A model generated the notes under the pieces. That model saw nothing but the letters and a program-made list of their open reading frames with translations, did no database searches and was not told the origin of the DNA. From the IMG/VR virus record IMGVR_UViG_3300031647_000033, positions 1 through 31,666 of that record: a stretch of 31,666 bases of DNA; one strand, written 5' to 3'. Origin of the DNA: a virus. Lineage: Duplodnaviria; Caudoviricetes. Position 1 is the first letter of the stretch, and each line of letters opens with the position of its first letter. This document shows, in pieces, positions 8,055 through 15,874 of the stretch. A program made the translations under genes and the position numbers.

Positions 8055-8150
8055 TATATTATAATACTTTTTTCATTGAATATGATAGTATGGTTGATAC
8101 AACGTGTCTTTATTGAAATATATAGATAAGAAAAAGAATACTATACTTAA

Positions 8151-8408
8151 ATGAAAGATAGCAGCGAAGATAACAAGGATTCCCTTATGAGAACTAGCTA
8201 CTATATACTAACTCGTAATTTTACAAAATCTGTTAACAGGTTTATTGTATTTCAAAATGACGGTAAAAATATAGAAGTTCATCATGGCACTGGACATCGT
8301 AGTAAATTTATAAATATGATGGTCGAATACTTCGAAAGCATAGAAGAATATGAGAAGTGTGAAAAACTATTAAAGCTTAGAGAGTTAATAATAATGGCTG
8401 GTGATTAA
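8151..8408 (+). CDS. protein with C-terminal UVR-like motif (paralog 3)
   Basis: VEYFESIEEYEKCEKLLKLRE; AATATATAG upstream. Confidence 0.75.
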   Translation: MKDSSEDNKDSLMRTSYYILTRNFTKSVNRFIVFQNDGKNIEVHHGTGHRSKFINMMVEYFESIEEYEKCEKLLKLRELIIMAGD

Positions 8409-8431
8409 ACCTCCACAAACATATACATATA

Positions 8432-9154
8432 ATGGCTAAGAAAAAACCAACTAAAAATGCTGAGATTAAAGTACCAACAGCAAAACCTACTCATATCCGA
8501 GTTAAGCCTGAACATATTCAACATGTCAAACTAAGACAATCTCAGGAAAAATACTCAAGAACAATAGAAGAAAGCGACGTAACATTTTGTCACGGACCTG
8601 CTGGAACGAGTAAAACATTTACAGCATGTTACACTGCTTTAAAAATGTTAGCTGAAAGAAAGATACAGCAAGTTGTATTATGTAAACCAATACAAGAATC
8701 TGGTGAAAAGTTAGGGTTCTTACCTGGTGGAATTGAAGACAAGATGGATCCATATATGCAGTCTTATATTTCTAACCTTAAAAAGATAGTTGGTACTGAA
8801 ATTACAGAGAGATTAATTGAAAGAGAGATCATCGTATTTAAACCACTTGCATATATGAGAGGTGACACTTTTGATAATTGTTTAATGATCTTAGATGAAG
8901 CTCAAAATGCTACGTTCAAGCAATTGATGTTGTTTATTACTCGTATGGGTAAGAAATCCAAAACATTAATTACTGGAGATGTAAGTCAATATGATATTCC
9001 AAAGAAAAGTGCTGGTCTTCCTGGATTTATTAAATTAATGGAAGGTATTAACGGTGTAAATAACTTTGCTTTTACTGAAGATGATATTGTACGTGCTGAT
9101 ATACTTAAGAAGATTGTTAAAAAGTATGACATATGGAAATCTGAAAATGATTAA
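8432..9154 (+). CDS. phoH: PhoH-family ATPase
   Basis: GPAGTSKT Walker A, GEKLGFLPG, PLAYMRG, ILDEAQN, TGDVSQYD, DIVR. Confidence 0.95.
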   Translation: MAKKKPTKNAEIKVPTAKPTHIRVKPEHIQHVKLRQSQEKYSRTIEESDVTFCHGPAGTSKTFTACYTALKMLAERKIQQVVLCKPIQESGEKLGFLPGGIEDKMDPYMQSYISNLKKIVGTEITERLIEREIIVFKPLAYMRGDTFDNCLMILDEAQNATFKQLMLFITRMGKKSKTLITGDVSQYDIPKKSAGLPGFIKLMEGINGVNNFAFTEDDIVRADILKKIVKKYDIWKSEND

Positions 9155-9184
9155 ACTTTAATTCGTTATTGTATATAATAGTAT

Positions 9185-9871
9185 ATGCAAAAAGATAGAA
9201 AAATATGGTTCACCAGTGACACTCACTATAACCATAGAAATATTATAAAGTCCCTAACAACATGGCCAAGAACGTCAGGTTGCAGGGACTTTGTTTCTTT
9301 ACAAGAAATGAATGACACTATAGTTAATAATATAAATAGTGTTGTTGGAGAGGATGATGTCCTATACCACTTAGGTGATTGGTCGTTTGGTTCTGCAAAA
9401 ACTGTTGGAGATTTCAGAGATAGAATCAATTGTAAAGAGATTCATTTAATTCTTGGAAATCATGATAGAGAATTCACTAAGGGTCTTGAAGTACATTCAC
9501 ACTTCACATCAGTGTCTCAATATCGAGAACTTTGGATCGACGAAATAGAAACTAAGATCATTTTATCGCATTATCCTATGAAATCATGGAATGGTTCTAT
9601 GTATGGAAATTGGATGCTATATGGTCACACGCATGGAAACTTACAGAATTCCATACAACCTGCTACACTTAAGATGCTATTAGATGAAGGAAGACATGAC
9701 GATATCAAGTTACTATCTGAAAACAAAAAAGTGGACGGGATATTCCCTAATGGAACGAGTCTTGAAATTGGTATTGATTGCCATTCTGAATTTAGACCAT
9801 TTAGTTTTGAAGAGGTTAAGGAATACATGGATGACGTAAAAAGATATATAGATTGTAAAATAATTATATAA
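9185..9871 (+). CDS. calcineurin-like metallophosphoesterase
   Basis: FTSDTHYNH, HLGDW, GNHD, SHYP, YGHTH. Confidence 0.92.
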   Translation: MQKDRKIWFTSDTHYNHRNIIKSLTTWPRTSGCRDFVSLQEMNDTIVNNINSVVGEDDVLYHLGDWSFGSAKTVGDFRDRINCKEIHLILGNHDREFTKGLEVHSHFTSVSQYRELWIDEIETKIILSHYPMKSWNGSMYGNWMLYGHTHGNLQNSIQPATLKMLLDEGRHDDIKLLSENKKVDGIFPNGTSLEIGIDCHSEFRPFSFEEVKEYMDDVKRYIDCKIII

Positions 9872-9873
9872 CG

Positions 9874-10947
9874 ATGAACAGGAAGATTATATCGCTTAAT
9901 GAATTTTTGAATGAAGGTGGATGGAGTTCTACGAAAACTCAAGAAACTAAGCTAACACCTAAAGTTTTAAAAGCAGTAGACAAACAGATAAAAGAATTCG
10001 ATAAAGAATTTAATGTACATCTTAAATCAGCTGGACTGCCACCTCTTAAATTTATAAAAGCAATTGGTTCTGGTTCTTGGTATGAAGATGATTTAATTAA
10101 TCAGCCAGATAAGATCTACGGAGATATTGATTATTTAGTTTCATATCCATTACTTCAAATAGAAACTAAAGGTTCTAGGAAGGACGAGGTTGCTTCTATT
10201 AAAACATATAACGGTGAATTATTCAGATTCCTTGAAATGTCAAACTTATCTTATGTCGATGCAGGAGAAACATACAACATGTCATCTCTTGGTAGTGTTA
10301 AGATATTATTTAAAGTTGAAGTTGACGGTAATCTAGAACACATTCAAGCTGATATGGTTACTACACATCCTCCTTATGAGGAATGGGCTCTTCAAAGATA
10401 CACACCAATGAGAGACGTAAAAGGTTTTGTATTAGGTAAGATGTATTCTACACTTGCTGGTAATTTAGGATTGTCAATACAAGATCGAGGTGTAAGAGGT
10501 AAATTCAAAGGAGATGTTTTATCTCAATGGTCTAAGAGATCTGGAGTTGAAGAGAAGGTTATTTCATTAGACTTCAATAACTTCTTGCATGATATCGCTG
10601 TATTCTTTTTTGAGTATCTTAAAAAGGAAGGAGACATGAAACCGTCAAAAGGTCTTGAGAAATATAAAGGTGTTGAAGTAAAAGGACTTGATATGCCAAG
10701 AATGGTAGAAGCAATCAAAGGACTTGCAGATACATTAGAAGATAATGGATTATTTGGAGACTTATTGAATTTCAAAAATGCTGATGATTTCATGAATAGT
10801 ATCGCAAGTGAATATAGAACATCTATGATGATTACATATAATGCTTCTAAATTTAATAAAGCTGATACGCCAGCCGCACATGCTGCTGTTCAAAAGGCTA
10901 GAAACTTAATAGACGACTACATCAAGATAGTCGATGATCTGATTTAA
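9874..10947 (+). CDS. Pol-beta-superfamily nucleotidyltransferase-like protein with N-terminal capsid-targeting-like peptide
   Basis: AIGSGS...YGDIDYLV (hGS..DhD) and a later QADMV acidic strand; N-terminus IISLNEFLNE. Confidence 0.65.
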   Translation: MNRKIISLNEFLNEGGWSSTKTQETKLTPKVLKAVDKQIKEFDKEFNVHLKSAGLPPLKFIKAIGSGSWYEDDLINQPDKIYGDIDYLVSYPLLQIETKGSRKDEVASIKTYNGELFRFLEMSNLSYVDAGETYNMSSLGSVKILFKVEVDGNLEHIQADMVTTHPPYEEWALQRYTPMRDVKGFVLGKMYSTLAGNLGLSIQDRGVRGKFKGDVLSQWSKRSGVEEKVISLDFNNFLHDIAVFFFEYLKKEGDMKPSKGLEKYKGVEVKGLDMPRMVEAIKGLADTLEDNGLFGDLLNFKNADDFMNSIASEYRTSMMITYNASKFNKADTPAAHAAVQKARNLIDDYIKIVDDLI

Positions 10948-10963
10948 TATTAATTAAACTTTT

Positions 10964-11046
10964 TTGAAAATAAACTGCCCGAGATTTTTTAGTCTCGGGT
11001 TTTTTTGTTATATTTACTTTATAACCAATTAAAACTAACAAAGATG
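10964..11046 (+). repeat. promoter/stem-loop cassette type A, copy 3
   Basis: 83 bp identical to 1207-1289 including the ATG. Confidence 0.95.
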
Positions 11047-11253
11047 ACAGCAGAAGAAACGTTAAGCTACTATGTAGCAAATACAAAAACAACATTCATT
11101 GATGGAGGCAACATAGTAGATTTAGGTGATTTAGTTAGACTATATGCAAATAAGCGAATAGTAGAAGAAATGGAATACTTAGATAATAATTGGGCATCGT
11201 TTCAATTACAAGGAAGGTTAAGAAGTAGAATCAATATACTAAAAGAAGACTAA
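11044..11253 (+). CDS. hypothetical protein
   Basis: ATG 11044 at end of cassette. Confidence 0.7.
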   Translation: MTAEETLSYYVANTKTTFIDGGNIVDLGDLVRLYANKRIVEEMEYLDNNWASFQLQGRLRSRINILKED

Positions 11254-11254
11254 G

Positions 11255-11434
11255 ATGACTAGAGAAGAAATTATTAAATATGCTGAAGACTTATTAACTA
11301 AAGCTAAAGTTGGTTTTGAACCTGATGAGGAATGGTGGGACTGTGGTAATTTAGACGATGCTAATGCACATGGACTTAATGAAGGTTGGATCATGGGATT
11401 AGAGTGTGTACTTGATAAACTAAAACAAAAATAA
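11255..11434 (+). CDS. small acidic hypothetical protein (59 aa, not in ORF track)
   Basis: MTREEIIKYAEDLL...EEWWDCGNLDDANAHG...LKQK; 1 nt after previous stop; stop lies in next cassette. Confidence 0.7.
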   Translation: MTREEIIKYAEDLLTKAKVGFEPDEEWWDCGNLDDANAHGLNEGWIMGLECVLDKLKQK

Positions 11435-11498
11435 ACTGTTCTAGATTTTTTTAGTTCAGATTTATTTATTATATTTACTTATAACCAATTAATACTAA
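11428..11498 (+). promoter_or_regulatory. promoter cassette, A/B mosaic
   Basis: AAAATAAACTG..GATTTTTTTAGT..CAGATTTATTT.TTATATTTACTTATAACCAATTAATACTAA; TATATTTA at 11470-11477. Confidence 0.8.
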
Positions 11499-11516
11499 CC
11501 AACATTAAAAACTATT

Positions 11517-11921
11517 ATGAAAGCATCAGACATCAAATCAAACGGAACAGGCTACCACACACCAGCTATGAAAGCATCGGGTGGAACTTTAATGACAACC
11601 GTATTTTTATATAGAATGAGACACAGTGAATCTGTTATATTTGACAAGATCAAAAACACAGATAATATATCTGGTCGTCGATTCAATGACAATGAAAACG
11701 TTGTTGCTCGAATTTGTACATCACTCACATCAAGCGCTTATGAAATGTTCGAAGAGAACTTTAGCATATCTCAGATGGTCGAAGATAAAGATTCTATCGT
11801 TGAAGGTATTATCAATTCATTTGTTAATAGCTTAAGTGGAACTGAAATGGATGCGATCATATTGAGTGCATTAGAAGATTGTGTAAGAGCAGATAATGCT
11901 GAATTAGGTTTAAAAAAGTAA
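11517..11921 (+). CDS. hypothetical protein
   Basis: 134 aa ORF after cassette. Confidence 0.75.
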   Translation: MKASDIKSNGTGYHTPAMKASGGTLMTTVFLYRMRHSESVIFDKIKNTDNISGRRFNDNENVVARICTSLTSSAYEMFEENFSISQMVEDKDSIVEGIINSFVNSLSGTEMDAIILSALEDCVRADNAELGLKK

Positions 11922-11965
11922 TGCAATTAAATTAATATATAGTATTATAAACATATTTCATTTAC

Positions 11966-12568
11966 ATGAAGAAGATTAAACTATATGAGGATTTTGTTGC
12001 TGAAAACAGTGGTGATGTTCTTAAAACCAAACCAGGTAAGTGGGTTAAGGTGGATCCGAGAAAACATAAAGAGCTATCTGGTGAATTCTTTGATCTAATA
12101 AACATTGCATACTCTACAATAGGTGGACATGTAAAGATCAAAACACCTGAAGATGTATTCGGAGATACTAAGTGGACGTTTTGGCAAGGAGTTGATTTAC
12201 ATGGATCTCCAGATTTAGATGTAATTCTATGGGGATCGGACACTAAATTCGGTGTGAAGTTCAGTGGAGTTGGTCATGACGGTATGAAGGATAGTACTAA
12301 AGAATATTTGGTACATACGTCTAATGTTCTAAAGAAATCTGGATATTATATTGAAGTTAGTGGAAAACTAGCAGATATTATGATGGACAAATACAATGTA
12401 CCTTCAGTCGATGTTCAAGAAGATGTCGAAAAATTACTCAAAGGTAAAGATATCGAATGGCACGGCGAGCATCCAGAAAACAAATCACTAAGTGGTAATG
12501 GATGGTACACTAGAATGCTTGGAGGATCTCCACATACTAAAATATTAATAGGTAATCCAAAGATATGA
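11966..12568 (+). CDS. hypothetical, probably virion-internal protein (possible GNAT-like fold)
   Basis: N-terminus MKKIKLYEDFVAE resembles T4 internal-protein targeting peptide; AATATATAG upstream; fold guess is weak. Confidence 0.55.
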   Translation: MKKIKLYEDFVAENSGDVLKTKPGKWVKVDPRKHKELSGEFFDLINIAYSTIGGHVKIKTPEDVFGDTKWTFWQGVDLHGSPDLDVILWGSDTKFGVKFSGVGHDGMKDSTKEYLVHTSNVLKKSGYYIEVSGKLADIMMDKYNVPSVDVQEDVEKLLKGKDIEWHGEHPENKSLSGNGWYTRMLGGSPHTKILIGNPKI

Positions 12569-13083
12569 AAATAGCATACTTACACGGACTTGAAAGCTCA
12601 AATACTGGACGTAAAGTCGAATGGTTAAAAGAAAACTTTGATGTATACGCTCCTAAAATAAACTACAAAAGCGATAAAGCGTTTGCTGAAACTTTAAAGG
12701 GATGCAAAGGTGCTGATTTAATAGTTGGATCTTCAATGGGAGGTTACTTTGCATATTTAATTGGAAGTAAACTCGGTATCAAGACTGTATTGTTTAATCC
12801 GGCAGTAGTTGATAGACCATTCGATCCGGTCGTAGATGATTCGAAACTAAAAGGTAAGAACCATAACGTATATCTTGGTAAGCAAGACAAGACTGTAAAC
12901 GGCCAAGATGTAATGAGATACTTTGGACATGATGGTTCTGGTAGTTTCTATTATACAGAATATAATGATGGACATCGAGTTCCATATGATGTCTTAGTAG
13001 ATGCTGTTTCAGATATTATGAATCTACGCGAATCTAATGTACAATCCTTTAACGCATTCCATACAAATAAAAAAACACAATAA
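12565..13083 (+). CDS. alpha/beta hydrolase (YqiA/UPF0227-like esterase)
   Basis: YLHGLESS, nucleophile elbow VGSSMGG, LFNPAV, GKQD (Asp), DGHR (His). Confidence 0.88.
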   Translation: MKIAYLHGLESSNTGRKVEWLKENFDVYAPKINYKSDKAFAETLKGCKGADLIVGSSMGGYFAYLIGSKLGIKTVLFNPAVVDRPFDPVVDDSKLKGKNHNVYLGKQDKTVNGQDVMRYFGHDGSGSFYYTEYNDGHRVPYDVLVDAVSDIMNLRESNVQSFNAFHTNKKTQ

Positions 13084-13085
13084 CT

Positions 13086-13532
13086 ATGAAACTTAATAAA
13101 ATCAAAACATTCGAATCATACCTTAACGAAGATGCTGTATCTAAGAAGTTCAACGTTTCCGATAAACTATATGAATGCTACGAACACGCTGTCACAGAAG
13201 CAACCGAATGGAACGGAGACGTACATGACGATCATACTGTAGAATCTTATATGAAAGAGAATGCTGCATTAGTAGCTGCTCTCGCAGTTAAAGTTCTTAA
13301 AGAATGTAACGAAGAGTATACGACAGAGCAATTTGAAACTGCAGTACATTCACTTAAAGATGCTTACTCTAAGAAAATTAATGAGATGGTTGAAATGGAA
13401 GGTGCTGAAGTTGTAGAATCTGAAAGCGTGAAGATGTATTCTCAAGAAGAGATCAATGAAGCATTTGTAAATGCAGGTACTTCTCAAGAAGGTATATCAG
13501 CGTTCATGTCATCTCTTACTAAGTCAATTTAA
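13086..13532 (+). CDS. Glu-rich helical protein with capsid-targeting-like N-terminus
   Basis: MKLNKIKTFESYLNE; many (I/V/L)xE sites. Confidence 0.6.
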   Translation: MKLNKIKTFESYLNEDAVSKKFNVSDKLYECYEHAVTEATEWNGDVHDDHTVESYMKENAALVAALAVKVLKECNEEYTTEQFETAVHSLKDAYSKKINEMVEMEGAEVVESESVKMYSQEEINEAFVNAGTSQEGISAFMSSLTKSI

Positions 13533-13554
13533 TAAATATTCATAAACAAATACG

Positions 13555-13586
13555 AAGGTCTATATATAATTATATAGACCTTTTTT
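13555..13586 (+). terminator. 12-bp perfect hairpin plus T tract, overlapping TATATA motifs
   Basis: AAGGTCTATATA-TAAT-TATATAGACCTT followed by TTTT. Confidence 0.6.
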
Positions 13587-13589
13587 AAT

Positions 13590-14030
13590 ATGCCAAGAAT
13601 TCCAATAGAAAAAATATACATGAACGTTGCATATCAATTTGCAAAGCTCAGTTACGCTGAAAGACGTAAAGTCGGAAGTGTAGTGGTAAAAGATGCTCAG
13701 ATTATATCATTTGGATATAACGGCACTCCACATGGTTTCAATAATAGCTGTGAGTTCTTAGATATACCATCAGGTGGTTTAGTCACTAGAGATGTAGTGC
13801 TACATGCTGAATCAAATGCTTTAGCAAAACTTGCAAAATCTACAATCAGTTCTGATGGAGCTCACTTATATGTTACGATGTCTCCATGCTACCAATGTGC
13901 TAAGTTAATAATACAATCTGGTATTAAGAAAGTATTTTATTGCGAAGAGTACAGAGATCAAGAAGGTTTGAAATTATTAGAAAAAGCAGATATAAGTATA
14001 ACTAAAGTAATAACGTGGAATGAGCTTTAA
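13590..14030 (+). CDS. dCMP deaminase (ComEB-like)
   Basis: GYNGTP, LHAESNA, SPCYQCAKLIIQSGIKKV. Confidence 0.95.
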   Translation: MPRIPIEKIYMNVAYQFAKLSYAERRKVGSVVVKDAQIISFGYNGTPHGFNNSCEFLDIPSGGLVTRDVVLHAESNALAKLAKSTISSDGAHLYVTMSPCYQCAKLIIQSGIKKVFYCEEYRDQEGLKLLEKADISITKVITWNEL

Positions 14031-14214
14031 TAAGAAATATTTACAAGAAAAGGAAGTATTAGAAAATACATTGATGGCAAATGGAAGTGAAGACTTCTAT
14101 TCATTATATGTTAAAAAAACTGATACGTTCATAGGTACTAACGAAGCTGTCGAATTCATCGATGATTTTTTAGAGAAATATCAATCATCTAATATATCGT
14201 TCAACGTAATATAG
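14020..14214 (+). CDS. hypothetical protein
   Basis: 64 aa, overlaps deaminase stop. Confidence 0.65.
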   Translation: MSFNKKYLQEKEVLENTLMANGSEDFYSLYVKKTDTFIGTNEAVEFIDDFLEKYQSSNISFNVI

Positions 14215-14259
14215 CAGATGTTTCTCAATCGAATATATAATTTATTAAAACAAACTAAA

Positions 14260-14769
14260 ATGACTGAAATCAAAGAGGCTAAACAATATCAATGGAAAAA
14301 AGGAGATGACTTTGGAAAGGTCGTTGAATTTAAGGATTTCGAAGACAGCTTCACAGTTTTCACAGACGGCAGTAGAATATTTACTAACGTATTGAATGAG
14401 TTTCTTGAAGAAATCGTTGACGGAGTAATACCATATCCCGGGGCTGAAGCTGTCGGAATTAACAATCCATCAAAACAAAGTACAAAACCATCACCACAGC
14501 CTATCGTTAATGTGGTTTCAGAGGTTTCACCAATGCAATCTTTAGTTGAAAAACTTTCTAAGAAAAACCACGAAGAGGTTGATGTGAAATTCAATATCAA
14601 TATACCTAAGAAACAAATCGTTAGTATGTTAATAGAGAATTCTGACGACGAAGATAACGACATTATAAATACGGTTATTGATTCAGCTATAAATCAAATT
14701 GAAATAAATAAACTACAAGAATTTTTAAAGACAGAAATTACTAATTTTATAAACAATTATTATGAGTAA
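14260..14769 (+). CDS. hypothetical protein
   Basis: ATG 14260 preferred (GAATATATAA at 14231 and A-rich leader upstream). Confidence 0.75.
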   Translation: MTEIKEAKQYQWKKGDDFGKVVEFKDFEDSFTVFTDGSRIFTNVLNEFLEEIVDGVIPYPGAEAVGINNPSKQSTKPSPQPIVNVVSEVSPMQSLVEKLSKKNHEEVDVKFNINIPKKQIVSMLIENSDDEDNDIINTVIDSAINQIEINKLQEFLKTEITNFINNYYE

Positions 14770-15169
14770 AGAGCAAGAATCACCACAAATGCCATCAATG
14801 TCAAGACCTCAAAAACGAAAGATGTATAATCAATTCGGTTTATTGAAGCAAAAGAATATGCAAACGACTGAAGGCCGCGAACTATCTAATAGATTAAAGC
14901 AAGAAGGTAATGATGCACATACTTTACATGTTAATAAGACAAACGATTCTATCAGTGACCAGATTCAAATTAAATTAGATGCAAGTAAAGTGTCTTGGAA
15001 AGAAACTGGATATAATACTGCTGAAATCGAATTATTAGAGGAAGCATGGTTATTGACAACAATAAAAGATAAGGAAACTTATAGAGTTGACAAGAAGGAA
15101 TCAAAGAGATTAATGAGAGAAGCTAACAATTTAAAATCTGAAAGACTTAATGCAAACAATAATTCTTAA
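14762..15169 (+). CDS. hypothetical basic helical protein
   Basis: 135 aa, overlaps both neighbours. Confidence 0.75.
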   Translation: MSKEQESPQMPSMSRPQKRKMYNQFGLLKQKNMQTTEGRELSNRLKQEGNDAHTLHVNKTNDSISDQIQIKLDASKVSWKETGYNTAEIELLEEAWLLTTIKDKETYRVDKKESKRLMREANNLKSERLNANNNS

Positions 15170-15464
15170 AATAGCGGAAAACGGTGTCATTAGAGAAATT
15201 CAAGATGACAATATAAATGCCGGTGGTGATACTTATGAATCTGTAAGGATTTATGAGTGGAGCGGTGGCCCGATTAATAAAATGGAATTTATACGAGACA
15301 TTTGTTTAGATGTTGGTATGGACTTCGGTAACTCAAGACAACGTAATCAGATTAAGATTACTGAGGATTGGGGTATTAATTATGAGCCTACAGATGAGGA
15401 AATGCATTCAAGGATTAAAGATATTGAATGCGAAGTTAAAGAACTTAGAAATAGACTTAAATAA
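15150..15464 (+). CDS. hypothetical protein
   Basis: 104 aa with C-terminal coiled coil. Confidence 0.75.
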   Translation: MQTIILKIAENGVIREIQDDNINAGGDTYESVRIYEWSGGPINKMEFIRDICLDVGMDFGNSRQRNQIKITEDWGINYEPTDEEMHSRIKDIECEVKELRNRLK

Positions 15465-15466
15465 CT

Positions 15467-15874
15467 GTGAAAGTGACTTCGATAGATTGTATATGGTGTT
15501 ATTCTAAACGTGAATTTAATAAGTACGTTAGAATAGAAAGTGATAAGTCCACGACTCAAGTGGATTATATCTCTATCATTACGAAACTGGTGAAGTCAGA
15601 TTTTCATGATGTAGAACCTCATCCGTTTATTATAGGTATGGCTATCAAGAATGTGCTAAACAACGTTCGTAAAAAGCAAAATAGCGATAGAATAATATAT
15701 TTATTGAAAAACTTAGATGTCGAAACAGTAAACAATTTTAAAAGTTTAGTTTTTGAAATGTTTGAAGATTTAGAAGACGTTAATTTAGTTGCAATAAATA
15801 TAGACGAAGAAATAGACGAAGACGTGTTAGATTTATTCAGTAACTACAAACAATATAATTTTGATAAGAAATAA
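15467..15874 (+). CDS. hypothetical protein
   Basis: 135 aa, GTG start 2 nt after previous stop. Confidence 0.7.
   Translation: MKVTSIDCIWCYSKREFNKYVRIESDKSTTQVDYISIITKLVKSDFHDVEPHPFIIGMAIKNVLNNVRKKQNSDRIIYLLKNLDVETVNNFKSLVFEMFEDLEDVNLVAINIDEEIDEDVLDLFSNYKQYNFDKK

Noticed and set aside
8055-8150. Possible ncRNA or tRNA in the gap after bS21 (also 25856-25976)
   Set aside because: AT-rich with no cloverleaf or stable structure seen beyond the terminator and promoter motifs.
9874-10947. Calling the nucleotidyltransferase a CBASS CD-NTase
   Set aside because: Only the generic Pol-beta motif is visible and there is no adjacent effector or Cap gene.
1248-11043. Shared N-terminal peptide MLYLLYNQLKL on three ORFs (1248, 2398, 11005)
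   Set aside because: Artifact of ORF extension to a TTG inside the promoter repeat; true starts are the ATGs at 1287, 2431/2437 and 11044.
1207-11498. CRISPR array or mini-array suggested by repeats with a hairpin
   Set aside because: Repeats are 60-83 bp, irregularly spaced and separated by whole genes; no cas genes are present.
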